Notes: generated by a model from the sequence alone, not told the origin. 64,000 nt of DNA from an uncultured bacterium (GCA_965541585.1 CBEUCH010000006.1:64001-128000); one strand, 5' to 3'. Positions 19,878 to 30,788 are shown, counted from the stretch's first letter. Numbers and translations are program-made.

Positions 19878-20402
19878 TTAGCTTTTCAGAAAATAGGTTC
19901 GTATTAAATTACCTTCACCTTTGGTGGTCCAAACAGAATATCCTTTCGACTTCATTATATCGATTCCCGGGGCTGGCAGGAATGTAGTTATCAGCTCAAT
20001 GATTTCTCCTTTTTTAACGTTTTTCGCCTCCTTAAGAATAGCTGCTAATGTCATCTTGTTTTCGTCATCCAGTTTATCCTCATTGATCGAAACCGATATC
20101 TTATCTGCATAGAACCAGTCGGGTTTTACCTGAAAGTATTCTTCATCTTCGTAAGACTCACCTATGTCCGTCTGGCCTACAGCTTTTCGGAGCGTATTGA
20201 TTAATTCAAGGAGCGGCACCTTACCGACAGAAGAGATATGTTTTATCGTAGCGACTTTTGCAACGGATCTTCTTAAGAGTGGGTTTTTCAGTATTTTGAA
20301 TGGTGGCGCTATGGCAATCAGTACAGCTTCGAGTTCCGGATATGCTTCAAGCAATTTGTGGACCGTTACAGATGGAGTGATATTAAGAATATCCTTTGCC
20401 AT
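19878..20402 (-). CDS. DUF1858 domain protein
   Basis: ITP..TV..LLE.YPELE.VLI...PPF..L.NP.LR; C-terminal F.PAP.ID.M..KG. Confidence 0.8.
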   Translation of the reverse strand: MAKDILNITPSVTVHKLLEAYPELEAVLIAIAPPFKILKNPLLRRSVAKVATIKHISSVGKVPLLELINTLRKAVGQTDIGESYEDEEYFQVKPDWFYADKISVSINEDKLDDENKMTLAAILKEAKNVKKGEIIELITTFLPAPGIDIMKSKGYSVWTTKGEGNLIRTYFLKS

Positions 20403-20465
20403 TGGTACCTCCTCAGGATCAAGTGTAAACTGGCGCTCGTCTGGTGGGCTTACGAGGATGCCGCT

Positions 20466-21935
20466 CTATTCAATATCTGCCGGATACATGTAATTCTCAC
20501 CAAACTTTATTCGCACGACTTGATTTTTATCATCCAGTTCAAAAACAACCAGTTCCCCGTTTCCGTTTTCTCCAGTCATCCGGAATGTATTATCACTCTC
20601 CGGGGTCAGGTCGACAATATTATCCTCAGGATGATCCTCGGGCGGAGAATAGTGATCGTATGCAACCAGTTTATTGTTCAGGAGCATTATCTCAGTTACG
20701 TAAAAGAAGAGGGAATCCGTGTAGCTGCCGGTATATTTAAGCCACGCTTTGTCTGGCTCAGGCTCTTCTATCTCTGGCGTCACTGCATCGAGAATTACAG
20801 GCGTTACCTGTTTTAAAATTTCCTTAGCAAAAAAAGCCGATCTGGCATCATCAGCATTTATAAGAACGACAACTCCGATTTTATCCGTTGGAACGAAATA
20901 AATTCTGGTTCTATTTCCCGCCACCCATCCGCCATGACCGACCAGGGTTTTACCATTCCACCGTGAAATTCCAAATCCCAGGCCCCATCCCCATGTCCAG
21001 TCTTCGGCCAGCCATTGAATCCTTTGCATTTCACGAAGCGTGCTGCCCTTCAGAACAGTATTTGTATCAGTACTATCAACTCGAAACTGAAAAGAGATAT
21101 ACTTCGCCAGATCCGATACTGTTGACGCCATATTCGCGGCCGGTGCAATCCCTTTGGAATCGGTAAACGGCATTATCTTACGAGATCCATCGGAAAACAG
21201 GCGTGTGTATGGAGTTGCAAGCCTCTTTTCGTTGTCTGTGATGAAAATACTGGTACTTTTCATTTCCAGCGGTTTTAATATGTTTTCCTCAATAAACTGT
21301 TCATATGGTTGACCGGACACTGCCGCTACGATTTCACCCGTTAAAGACAGGGCGAGATTGGAGTATTTGAATTTGTGTTCGGGTGGGTAGATTGTCTCCT
21401 GTCCGGGAAGTGCATCGATCATTTCCTCTCGTGTCGGGAACACATTATCGGTCCAGTACGGAAATGCCGCCTCACGGGGAAGTCCGGAGGTATGCGTTAG
21501 TAAATGCCAGATAGTTATATCGGGAGCGCCGGGGAAGCGGTTTTGTATTTCAAACCAGTCAAGATGTTTACTTATGGGGTCGTTCAGTTCAAGTTTGAAT
21601 TGGTCGCGCAATTGCATAATTGCAGTGGCGGTGAATGTTTTGGTAATCGATGCTATACGGTAAATGGTTTCGGGCGTTGCCGGTGTCTTGTTTTCAATGT
21701 CACTGTAGCCAAAACTTTTAGCATAGACCAGATCCTGATCGTATACGATTCCTATAGACATGCCGGGAATCTTATGATACTCCATATGCTCATTGAGCCA
21801 GGATTCGATCATCTTCAGTGTCGACGTCAACTCGGGATTATCCTTCAGGGAGTTATCCTGCGATTGCACAGGAATCACCAGGAACAACAAACAGGATATC
21901 AGACCGATACAGGTCGTAAAGCTCCGATAATTCAT
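20466..21935 (-). CDS. Serine hydrolase, beta-lactamase/AmpC-like family, secreted
   Basis: SITK (SxxK), LLTHTSG, YSN, HGG motifs; signal peptide. Confidence 0.9.
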   Translation of the reverse strand: MNYRSFTTCIGLISCLLFLVIPVQSQDNSLKDNPELTSTLKMIESWLNEHMEYHKIPGMSIGIVYDQDLVYAKSFGYSDIENKTPATPETIYRIASITKTFTATAIMQLRDQFKLELNDPISKHLDWFEIQNRFPGAPDITIWHLLTHTSGLPREAAFPYWTDNVFPTREEMIDALPGQETIYPPEHKFKYSNLALSLTGEIVAAVSGQPYEQFIEENILKPLEMKSTSIFITDNEKRLATPYTRLFSDGSRKIMPFTDSKGIAPAANMASTVSDLAKYISFQFRVDSTDTNTVLKGSTLREMQRIQWLAEDWTWGWGLGFGISRWNGKTLVGHGGWVAGNRTRIYFVPTDKIGVVVLINADDARSAFFAKEILKQVTPVILDAVTPEIEEPEPDKAWLKYTGSYTDSLFFYVTEIMLLNNKLVAYDHYSPPEDHPEDNIVDLTPESDNTFRMTGENGNGELVVFELDDKNQVVRIKFGENYMYPADIE

Positions 21936-22289
21936 GTTCTCGTCCTCCTTAGAAACTGATTTGCTCTTTCAGGTTAACGATAAGGACAGTCCGGTCAAAT
22001 CCGTTTGCAGCCATAGGCAGATTAGCTCATTGGTTTCTCAGCGCCATAATATCCTGTCAACTGGCTGCAAGATAGGTTTTTCAAAGCATGAAAGCAAACT
22101 TAAAAATTCGGCGATAGCTGCCCTAGACTAACAAGTATCCTGAGTTTGAGGTGTCGAAATCGACATCCTATCAGAGGAGAAGAGCTTTTGCAGAGGCGGG
22201 TGAAGCGGGTTTAATCGTCAAGAAGCACCTCGTTGTATGTTATAATAATGGGAGAAATGTCTCGAGAGGTACGGCATATCACACAAGCA

Positions 22290-24473
22290 TTACTCATTAC
22301 GCTCTACTTCATAGGAGATGATACCATTCAGGTTTCTTACCTGGAAATCAGTTATTTTCCCATTACCGTTTATTAAGACTTTTCTGAAGTAGGGAGGTTT
22401 ATTATCTATTTTCCCTGCCAATCCGCATGCGGCTGTCTGTACGATGACTGGCATATGTCTTTTCCACCATTCCTCCGGATTATTTCGATCCAACAACTCA
22501 CTGTAAACATCGGAGTATATCCTTACATTGTCGCGCTTCATGGCTATCCTGAACTCGGCGTTTCTATGGGTATGACCCGAAAAAACAAGATCAACTTTCT
22601 TAACGTTACCGGCGGCCGAGCTCGTAGACGGCCCGTTCTCTTTAAGCCCCATGCATAGATAAAAAAACTGGCTCAGGTAATGATTAATGCTGCCGTAAGT
22701 AAGATTACATTTGCTTTTTGGTATCCATTTTGGCTCTTTGCTATTTCTCTCCCACAGGCTGCTCAATTTAAAATCACTGCCTTCTGCGGGATTGATCGGG
22801 GGAGCATGCAGAAAAACCATCAGGGAACCCTCGTCATTTCCCTTATCTCGAATGGATGCCAGAGTTTTTTCGAACCAGACAATCTGGCTCCAGTTATAAT
22901 AATTCTGCTCAGAATCAAAAGCTCTTGAATCAGGGCTCCCTCCAAGAATGTTATCCTCCACACTCATCTTTTTAATGTCATTGACTGTTTTGCCATCCAT
23001 AAACAGACCTGTAAAAACGTCGGAACCAGTATCCATAACGATGAACGAATGATCCCCAAACCGAAAGGCAAAGTCGAGGTACGGATTTATGTGTTTCAAG
23101 TAGTAGTGCAGAGCCTTGGCTTCTGCATGAAGCGGATTATCAATGATAAAGTCTACCTGTTCGCGAACGAACCGCTCCAGGTATTTCTTCGCGCCCCATA
23201 CTAATACTCCCAATAATACTCCCAAAAAGGCAAGAATTCCGTATTCAATATAGGTTAAGTTATTCAAATAGCCTGCTACATCTGCGCCCTTCACACCTGC
23301 GCCGCTCAGACCCGCACCGCCTATTACCGGAATAATCCACTTTGAAATCTTACCGGAGAGGAACTTTGCAAGTTTCACCTTCCCGCTATCAGCAAAAGCG
23401 TCAAGGTTTAACTTCTTAAATGCCTTTCCGGTTATCTTTCTGGAGAGCTTAGCTCTTTCATCCTCCGGATACTCCGCGGAGTCAAAAGATTTGTAATTAT
23501 AGTTTTTAAGCTCCTCCTTCCTCAGGCCGAAACTCTTATTTTGACGCCCCGTTGTGGGGCTATAAGGATGCAAGCGCCAATCATGGTTCCCTGTAGACGT
23601 ATATACAGCTACCTTGAATCCGGGATTGCCATTCAGCGTTTCTTTGCCAGCTCCGGTACAGATGTTAATGAAAGTCTTCCAGTTATTTTCGTCCGGATTC
23701 GATTCATCCTCCCAGCCATGGAAAGCAAAATCAACGAGATCGCCTGTAATTACGACGAAATCGAGTTTGCCGATCTCGTACAATTCGTTGGCCTTGCGAA
23801 TAGACTCTCTGAAATTTGTATTGAAGTTTACGTAGGATTCTATAATCAGGCTACGGCTTCTCGTATTCCTTGTTTTCAGCACCTCTCCGAGTATCTCGTC
23901 GTTTCTGGTTGCCACATGAGGATCAGTAAGGTGGATAAAATTACATACTCCTCTAATACTATTTACAAACTGTACACTGTGATAGTTAACCTTTTCGCAT
24001 TTACCCTTCTCATCCTTCAGAATTAAGTCGTAAAGTCGGGGAAGATGCTTCCCGTCCCCTTCTTTGAGTAAGCATTTGTAATCGTCCCCATCGATCTTGA
24101 CTGATACATCTAACTTCCAGTAACGGGTGTTTTCTCCAAGGACATTATAGTGGAGCTCACTGATGATGAGATCTCTCGTGTCCTCTAAATCAGAAAAGCC
24201 GTGAAGCACATTCCAGGCCGTAATCTCTTCAGGGTCATGAACCGGATCAAGGGGGATACGTTTGTTCTTAACGCCGTCGCGGTAGGAAGAGCGCAAGAAC
24301 AATATGTTTCTAAAGGGATCTTTTAAAGGCGAAGAGAATTCCCCATACTGCCCGGCGATTATCAAGGAAATTGTTTTTCCTGCTTTCAGGTTTTCAACCG
24401 AGACAATATGGGGACAGCCAAGGTTGGGGCTGATGACTAAAGGAAAATCCTTTGGCTTTAAATTCGTTTCCAT
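22290..24473 (-). CDS. Metallophosphoesterase (calcineurin-like) with internal transmembrane insertion
   Basis: DPH, GDLVD, GNHD, HAPP, SGHTH motifs; hydrophobic segments between GNHD and the later motifs. Confidence 0.82.
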   Translation of the reverse strand: METNLKPKDFPLVISPNLGCPHIVSVENLKAGKTISLIIAGQYGEFSSPLKDPFRNILFLRSSYRDGVKNKRIPLDPVHDPEEITAWNVLHGFSDLEDTRDLIISELHYNVLGENTRYWKLDVSVKIDGDDYKCLLKEGDGKHLPRLYDLILKDEKGKCEKVNYHSVQFVNSIRGVCNFIHLTDPHVATRNDEILGEVLKTRNTRSRSLIIESYVNFNTNFRESIRKANELYEIGKLDFVVITGDLVDFAFHGWEDESNPDENNWKTFINICTGAGKETLNGNPGFKVAVYTSTGNHDWRLHPYSPTTGRQNKSFGLRKEELKNYNYKSFDSAEYPEDERAKLSRKITGKAFKKLNLDAFADSGKVKLAKFLSGKISKWIIPVIGGAGLSGAGVKGADVAGYLNNLTYIEYGILAFLGVLLGVLVWGAKKYLERFVREQVDFIIDNPLHAEAKALHYYLKHINPYLDFAFRFGDHSFIVMDTGSDVFTGLFMDGKTVNDIKKMSVEDNILGGSPDSRAFDSEQNYYNWSQIVWFEKTLASIRDKGNDEGSLMVFLHAPPINPAEGSDFKLSSLWERNSKEPKWIPKSKCNLTYGSINHYLSQFFYLCMGLKENGPSTSSAAGNVKKVDLVFSGHTHRNAEFRIAMKRDNVRIYSDVYSELLDRNNPEEWWKRHMPVIVQTAACGLAGKIDNKPPYFRKVLINGNGKITDFQVRNLNGIISYEVERNE

Positions 24474-24502
24474 CTCACTATTTTCTCCAGCAGGTCAGGT
24501 AA

Positions 24503-24934
24503 TTACCAGATCCAATTTAGATTCATTCTCCTGAGATATCGGGCCGTGATGTAAGCAATTATGCAATTCATAAATACAAAAAATATCAACAAGTAATGAA
24601 AGTGATAAAAGGGTCTTCCCAGGAGAAAGGAAACCTCACATAAATCTATTATGGCGGCCGACAAGCGGAAGATGATCGATAGCTGAATAGCCACCAGGTA
24701 TTTTTCAGGATTCTTAAAACCGAGAAATTGGAAGTAAGCCGCAAAAAGCCAGTACATACCCACGCCTCTTATAAAAAGGGGTTCTGGACGAGGAATAAAA
24801 TTGACGACCTGCTGGAAATGACCTGCGAAAACAACGGCATAAACTCCTATCCCCAAATCCCATAAAGCCAACAGAAGCAAGATTAGACGGAGCCGTTTTC
24901 GAGCAATATCCTTTTCTTCCATTTTACCCTCCAT
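24503..24934 (-). CDS. Hypothetical four-helix membrane protein
   Basis: Four hydrophobic segments; tight spacing to neighbours. Confidence 0.7.
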   Translation of the reverse strand: MEGKMEEKDIARKRLRLILLLLALWDLGIGVYAVVFAGHFQQVVNFIPRPEPLFIRGVGMYWLFAAYFQFLGFKNPEKYLVAIQLSIIFRLSAAIIDLCEVSFLLGRPFYHFHYLLIFFVFMNCIIAYITARYLRRMNLNWIW

Positions 24935-24949
24935 ATTTCGAATTCCATC

Positions 24950-26488
24950 TTATAGATAATCATACTTGAAAACAAGGCGTTTGAGCGGCGCCAGGATCTT
25001 CCTCAGGATGTATATGGGCAGAGCCTTTTTCTTGAAAGAGAAATACTTGTCCATAGCCGTAAGGCCCGAGAACCACCAGTCGCTGAATGCGTACGCTTCC
25101 TCTATGATATCCAGAGACTTGATGATAAGCTCGCTGACGTTTTGCCACGGCTCATATACCGATTTGTCTCCGACCCACGTAATCTCGGGCTTTCCAAATG
25201 CTTCCACAGCAAGAGGGAGAAAACGTCCCACTTTGGGATCGTCGGGGTCGAGACCCATCTTTTTGGCCCCCACCCAATCCACCGCCATCAGGTTTTCGCC
25301 CCCGATCATAGTCTTTGTATGAACAGGCGTGGGGTCGACTATTACGCCGAACTGTCCATCGGCGCTGTAGATGCCGTCAATAAGGCCGAAATGTACTGGA
25401 AAATGTTTCAAGCTCTCTATGGTGGGCCAATCGTATTCCCTCTTCGAGTGATATTCCTTCAATTTATTCTGCATGGGAAGAGTACCGTAGATGTTTTTTA
25501 AAGTAAGCGTGTAGTGGCAGAATACATGCGTTTTGTTTTTTGCGAAGGATAATCTGAAATCAGCATCCCTCCAGGTAGGCCCTACAAAGTGTTTTCCAAA
25601 CCTGCCACCATAGTCGTAGGGGACCATCTCCTCGGTAAGATCGATAATCCTATAATTCTTGTCAGTAGAATATCCAAGATATTCGGCTACCTTAACAACC
25701 TCTCTGTTGTTATAGTAATTTCCCAGTGTACTCTGGGCCTCAACAATTGTAATATTGGGATATCCCCTCTCCGCAATCTTATCGATAAGGGCTTCCACAA
25801 GCTTCGGATCGGTATAAGTGGAGATATCCTTTTTATGGTGGCTATACATAAAATTGGGTTTGATTACGACCGAAAAGCTCTCTTTGGTTTTCCTTGTCTT
25901 TGTAAACCGTTTCTCCAGAATCTCAAAAAAACCCGTCTCTCCCAACACTCTATTCAGAAGGTCGAACTTATCCTCGCCTTTTAACGCCACCACAGAAGTG
26001 GGCCCCGTATTCTTGGGAGCAACAGGTTTCTTCCTGAGATACGATGTATGGGCTATAAAAAATGCTTTGTTTGCCCTTAGATAAAAGAAGAGAGTTAACC
26101 AGAAGATGGAACCGTCAACTATGAGTATAATCAGATAGGCAAGGTATTTAACCGAGAAAACGAAAAAACAGAGTGCCGATATGGCGGACGCAGACTTCGA
26201 AATTAGCAGCGGTATAATGTATCCCTTGTTTTTTCTTACGTTGTGCTGGGCGATAAGAGATAAAACTGCAATAGTCATCATCATGGAAAACGTCATAGAT
26301 AGCCAGAACTTCTCTGTTGAGGGAGGAATATCGTCAAGACCGAGCGTTAAGGCGTGAGATAGCTTATTAGTTAAATCAAGAATAAGCTCAGGCATAACGG
26401 CAAAGGCAATCCCCACCAAAAAATAAGTTATCGCACTTATAAACATAAATACTTTCAATTGTTTTTCTTCCCGTGTCATGTTTGTCAT
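24950..26488 (-). CDS. DUF362 domain protein with N-terminal membrane domain
   Basis: VVIKPN, TDP.LVEAL, K.KTH, TLKN.YG, D.VGAK.MG DUF362 motifs; four TM helices at the N-terminus. Confidence 0.85.
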   Translation of the reverse strand: MTNMTREEKQLKVFMFISAITYFLVGIAFAVMPELILDLTNKLSHALTLGLDDIPPSTEKFWLSMTFSMMMTIAVLSLIAQHNVRKNKGYIIPLLISKSASAISALCFFVFSVKYLAYLIILIVDGSIFWLTLFFYLRANKAFFIAHTSYLRKKPVAPKNTGPTSVVALKGEDKFDLLNRVLGETGFFEILEKRFTKTRKTKESFSVVIKPNFMYSHHKKDISTYTDPKLVEALIDKIAERGYPNITIVEAQSTLGNYYNNREVVKVAEYLGYSTDKNYRIIDLTEEMVPYDYGGRFGKHFVGPTWRDADFRLSFAKNKTHVFCHYTLTLKNIYGTLPMQNKLKEYHSKREYDWPTIESLKHFPVHFGLIDGIYSADGQFGVIVDPTPVHTKTMIGGENLMAVDWVGAKKMGLDPDDPKVGRFLPLAVEAFGKPEITWVGDKSVYEPWQNVSELIIKSLDIIEEAYAFSDWWFSGLTAMDKYFSFKKKALPIYILRKILAPLKRLVFKYDYL

Positions 26489-26506
26489 GATTCGCCCTCC
26501 CGAATA

Positions 26507-27247
26507 TTAAAAGGTATCCTTATCTAATGGTTCATTGGCAAGATAAGCCGACAATGAATATATGCCGAGTATCTCCAGCGGCCAGCATCCGAAGAGGAGA
26601 AAGATGGGCGGATAATTCGGATTAAAGGTGAATGTCCACACGCCACTGGCGGCGGAGCCCATATATTCACTGGGATTGCCGACAATCCATGATGTAATTA
26701 CAATACCGATAAAAACGGAAAAGCCCATTTTGACTGACGCGTAAATGCATGTAACAAAAAGTGCAGCATAAAACAGATAGAACAAAGGCCCCGCTCCATC
26801 CCGGTACTTCCCGAGTAATAATAGAATTAACAGGAATAAAATTGCCAGAATAATCTGATTTAACCACCTCGGCGGCGACGGCTTCAATTTCTTTATCTGT
26901 CTTATCACTATCCTGGTAGAAAGGGTATAAGCTGTTAATCCGCCGAGGACCCATGCCCAGACGCCAAAATTGTATCGACCGTCAATCCCATGATACGACC
27001 ACAGCCCGGACCTTATACCTATAGTCTCCTTGACATATTCAATTACGAAGATTGTGAAAATGAGCGAAAGCAGACGCTTAGTCGAGATATGCAGGGCAAG
27101 CCATACCGTTATTGAAAAACCTGCGAGAAGCGAAAGCAAGAAGGGAATTGAGATTAGAGGAATATATCCCTCATGAAATGCCGTGAATGCAGTAATAACG
27201 ACGAGCCATGCGACAATAACGAGGTTTTGCTGTTTTTCCTTATCCAT
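26507..27247 (-). CDS. Hypothetical polytopic membrane protein
   Basis: About eight hydrophobic segments; internal repeat E..G...G.W.(Y/F). Confidence 0.7.
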   Translation of the reverse strand: MDKEKQQNLVIVAWLVVITAFTAFHEGYIPLISIPFLLSLLAGFSITVWLALHISTKRLLSLIFTIFVIEYVKETIGIRSGLWSYHGIDGRYNFGVWAWVLGGLTAYTLSTRIVIRQIKKLKPSPPRWLNQIILAILFLLILLLLGKYRDGAGPLFYLFYAALFVTCIYASVKMGFSVFIGIVITSWIVGNPSEYMGSAASGVWTFTFNPNYPPIFLLFGCWPLEILGIYSLSAYLANEPLDKDTF

Positions 27248-27464
27248 TTGTTTAGCCCTGATCCTTACTGTAAAAAGTATTTATGAGAAAATTATGGCGC
27301 CTTCCTGCGGTTCTTAATTTTCGAAACTTCTATTATCTCCATAAATTCACGTGCTCCTTGAATGCTTCCCGCTATTTTCTCAAGCTCTTTATTCATCTGG
27401 ATTATTTACGAAATTATAGATGGATTATAAAACAATCCCTTTCGGCCAGCCTAACAAAGGCCGG

Positions 27465-27539
27465 TATTTCTAAAACATTCCCGGGGGGATGGGAAAACTT
27501 ATTCTTTAACAAGAGCCTATCGTCCAGTTTTGTCAAGGA
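27465..27539. repeat. 75-bp direct repeat, copy 1 (copy 2 at 30789-30863)
   Basis: 69/75 nt identical by manual alignment; first 36 nt identical. Confidence 0.9.
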
Positions 27540-27772
27540 TTTTTCTATTCGAATCTTAACCCAAATCCCTCATCCGTCCAAATTCATCTGACGTCAAACA
27601 CTCAGACCCCCTCCGAACGATGTAGCACAGTTCGCTTTATAACAGCGCAAGTTTGCGGAGGTGCTCTCCCAAATACTCAGTCATCTTGTGACCCTTTGTT
27701 TTTGTCGCTCGATTGTTGTTGAAATACATCTATAATTCGGGTAGCTTGATTCTAACTGAGGGACATCCATTC

Positions 27773-29965
27773 TTATGATCCTCCAAAGCTGTCATTAGCC
27801 TCGGAACCACCTGCAATTCCAGCTGTATTCTGATGCCAGATTTGGTCGCTAGTTGAGTTCAATCCCGAAGGCGTGCCGTAAATGACATTGACCGCTCCGG
27901 CTCCGGCAATCGCTCCTATACTCTCGTTTCTTACACCGATGGCCAGGTCAGCGCGTCCGTTACCGTTAAAGTCTCCAGAAGTCAGAGACGAGCTAAATTG
28001 ATCATCAGCCTCGGCACCACCGTTAATTCCAGCTGTATTCTGATGCCAGATTTGATCGCTGGTTGCAGTCAATCCTGAGGACGAGCCGTAGATAACGTTG
28101 ACCGCTCCGGCTCCGAGAATAGAGCCGATACTCTCAATCGGTTCGCCGATTGCCAGGTCGGTGCGCCTATCGCCATTGAAGTCACCTGCGGCCAGAGCAG
28201 ATCCGAAGCTGTCGTTGGCCTCGGCTCCACCTTTGATTCCCGCGGTGTTTTGATGCCAGATTTGATCGCCGGTTGCAGTTAATCCCGAGGAGGAGCCGCA
28301 GAGAATGTTCACTGCTCCAGCTCCGGCAATCGTCCCGATACTCTCATTCCTTACACCAATAGCCAGGTCGGCGCGTCCATCGCCATTGAAGTCACCTGCT
28401 GCCAGAGCGGATCCGAAGCTGTCATTGGTTTCGGAGCCACCTTTGATTCCCGCGGTGTTTTGATGCCATATTTGATCGCCGGTTGCAGTCAATCCCGAGG
28501 AGGAGCCGCAGAGAATGTTCACTGCTCCAGCTCCGGCAATCGTCCCGATACTCTCATTCCTTACACCAATAGCCAGGTCGGCGCGTCCATCGCCGTTGAA
28601 GTCACCTGCAGCCAGAGCGGATCCGAAGTTGTCATTGGTTTCGGAGCCACCTTTGATTCCCGAGGTGTTTTGATGCCATATTTGATCGCCGGTTGCAGTC
28701 AATCCCGAGGACGAACCGTAGATGATGTTCACTGCTCCAGCTCCGGCAATAGTTCCTATGCTTTCATTCATTACCGCAATAGCCAGATCGTCACGCCCAT
28801 CGCCATTGAAGTCACCTGCGGCCAGAGCGGATCCGAAGTTGTCATTGGTTTCGGAGCCACCTTTGATTCCCGCGGTGTTTTGATGCCAGATTTGATCGCC
28901 GGTTGCAGTCAATCCCGAGGACGAACCGTAGATGATGTTCACTGCTCCAGCTCCGGCAATAGTTCCTATGCTTTCATTCATTACCGCAATAGCCAGATCG
29001 TCACGCCCATCGCCATTGAAGTCACCTGCGGCCAGAGCGGATCCGAAGTTGTCATTGGTTTCGGAGCCACCTTTGATTCCCGCGGTGTTTTGATGCCAGA
29101 TTTGATCGCCGGTTGAAGTCAATCCCGAGGACGAACCGTAAATGACATTCACTGCTCCTGCTCCAAGAATAGCTCCGATACTTTCATTTCCCACACCAAT
29201 AGCCAGATCGTCACGCCCGTCGCCGTTAAAGTCACCCGTTACTTTACCAGTGAAATTAGAATACAGATAACAAGTGGCATTCCTATCATCCACTTCGAGA
29301 GTTCTGAATGCGATGCTGCCCGCCGCACTTGCTGAAGTCATTGTTGGAAGAGGGGCAGAAGTTAACTCAGTATGGTGAAAACCGATCATGTGCCCGATTT
29401 CATGTGTCGCCGTTTGCTGAATATCACGGACGACTCCGGCGTTTCCTACCGTCCATACGAAGTCGCGGCCATTAAAAGCAACATCCACATCGAGCAATGT
29501 CTGGTTATTTCGTATAGTTATAATTGTTACCGCCAGGACTCCAGCATTTAATATCGGCGCCAGGCCTCCAAATTCAGGCGCGCCGGCTTCTGCCCAGTAT
29601 GTAACGTTGTTTAGATCGGCAGCGTTTCTGGTGGCGGCAGTACCTCCTCCGTAGACAAAAATCAAGTTTGCGCACGATACATTTTGCCAAGCGTTGTATG
29701 CTGCTGTAACCGCATTTTGAGTTTGGTTAAACGTCAACGCATCACCAGCACCGTTGTTATTTACCTGATAACCAACCGTCCGCTCTATCCAACGAACTGT
29801 CACGCCTGAGCCCGGGGGTACAGCTGCTCCGGCCGTATATGTTCCTACTCCCCCGGTTTGTTGAATCAGCCGGTATGCGTAGGCGTTATTACCAACCAAA
29901 AGCAACAAGAACCCGAGAACAAAAGGTGCACAGATCTTTACAATGATTGTGATTCGAATTTTCAT
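27773..29965 (-). CDS. Secreted matrixin-like (metzincin) metalloprotease with seven FG-GAP repeats
   Basis: Signal peptide; HEIGHMIGFHH plus PTM Met-turn; seven GDFNG(D/N)..DLAI...GAGAV repeats. Confidence 0.9.
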   Translation of the reverse strand: MKIRITIIVKICAPFVLGFLLLLVGNNAYAYRLIQQTGGVGTYTAGAAVPPGSGVTVRWIERTVGYQVNNNGAGDALTFNQTQNAVTAAYNAWQNVSCANLIFVYGGGTAATRNAADLNNVTYWAEAGAPEFGGLAPILNAGVLAVTIITIRNNQTLLDVDVAFNGRDFVWTVGNAGVVRDIQQTATHEIGHMIGFHHTELTSAPLPTMTSASAAGSIAFRTLEVDDRNATCYLYSNFTGKVTGDFNGDGRDDLAIGVGNESIGAILGAGAVNVIYGSSSGLTSTGDQIWHQNTAGIKGGSETNDNFGSALAAGDFNGDGRDDLAIAVMNESIGTIAGAGAVNIIYGSSSGLTATGDQIWHQNTAGIKGGSETNDNFGSALAAGDFNGDGRDDLAIAVMNESIGTIAGAGAVNIIYGSSSGLTATGDQIWHQNTSGIKGGSETNDNFGSALAAGDFNGDGRADLAIGVRNESIGTIAGAGAVNILCGSSSGLTATGDQIWHQNTAGIKGGSETNDSFGSALAAGDFNGDGRADLAIGVRNESIGTIAGAGAVNILCGSSSGLTATGDQIWHQNTAGIKGGAEANDSFGSALAAGDFNGDRRTDLAIGEPIESIGSILGAGAVNVIYGSSSGLTATSDQIWHQNTAGINGGAEADDQFSSSLTSGDFNGNGRADLAIGVRNESIGAIAGAGAVNVIYGTPSGLNSTSDQIWHQNTAGIAGGSEANDSFGGS
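27776..29236. repeat. Intragenic tandem array of seven 210-bp FG-GAP units
   Basis: GDFNG codons recur every 210 nt; 28681-28890 and 28891-29100 are identical. Confidence 0.95.
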
Positions 29966-30585
29966 TTTCCCTCCTCCCTTAACTGCTTCTTTTGTATTTC
30001 CCTAACTCTGTCGAAGAATTCGTCTAAGGGTAAACCTTCCTTCCCGCCGGGTGGCAAATCTTCGAGATTCACCTCTGGCTTGAGAAAGAACTTCAAGGCA
30101 TGACTTATAGCTATCATTTTGTTTGTAGTGGAATCCAGCCTGACGTCGAATTTGCCTTGAGACAAAGCGACTATATTGAAGGGTTCTTCATCAGCTTGAA
30201 TAGTCACTTCATGTTGTGAAGCATCCACTCTCTGAAGCATAAGTACCGTCTCTTCATCGATGCTGATCTCTGGTGTACCGATGACAATCATTGATTTGTC
30301 GCCTACAGCCCCACCAGGTAGATAAATGGATATCTCCTCCTTCGTAAAACTGCCCTTCAGAGTGTCCTGCACCTGGAATACGGCCTTAGTATAAATTGCT
30401 GTCCCTTCCCTATTCCAGAAGCTCTCGATCTTAACAAACTTCCCCTTTACTACATGCGAGCTCGAACTAGTTAGCTCTTCAAGCGATAGTCGCACAAATT
30501 CAGTGGCTGTTGCTGTGGTTAGGAATCCCATAAGAAAGATAATCAGCAACATGGTTCGTTGTAGTGTTACATTTTGCTTTTTCAT
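29962..30585 (-). CDS. Secreted hypothetical protein (matrixin-associated, propeptide/chaperone-like)
   Basis: Signal peptide from ATG 30585 (GAGG RBS); LEEL...S.HVVKG...IYT...LKG...LPGG; ATGA overlap with the protease gene. Confidence 0.7.
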   Translation of the reverse strand: MKKQNVTLQRTMLLIIFLMGFLTTATATEFVRLSLEELTSSSSHVVKGKFVKIESFWNREGTAIYTKAVFQVQDTLKGSFTKEEISIYLPGGAVGDKSMIVIGTPEISIDEETVLMLQRVDASQHEVTIQADEEPFNIVALSQGKFDVRLDSTTNKMIAISHALKFFLKPEVNLEDLPPGGKEGLPLDEFFDRVREIQKKQLREEGK

Positions 30586-30788
30586 AATTCTCTCCTCTCT
30601 TTTTCTATTAAGAGAAAACAAAGGCCTAATATCCTCAAAACAATAAATTTGGTACCTTGAATTCTTTAATGGTTGGACCGGACTGCTCCCCATCTTTGGG
30701 CCGGTTTGAATGAAGATTTGCGATGAGATCGTTATGAATCTTTTAAAGTTCACCTGTACCTCCTCATAGCAAACCCAATGATGGGCGA

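Noticed and set aside
28460..29116. 218-aa plus-strand ORF with internal repeats
   Set aside because: Antisense shadow of the FG-GAP repeat array
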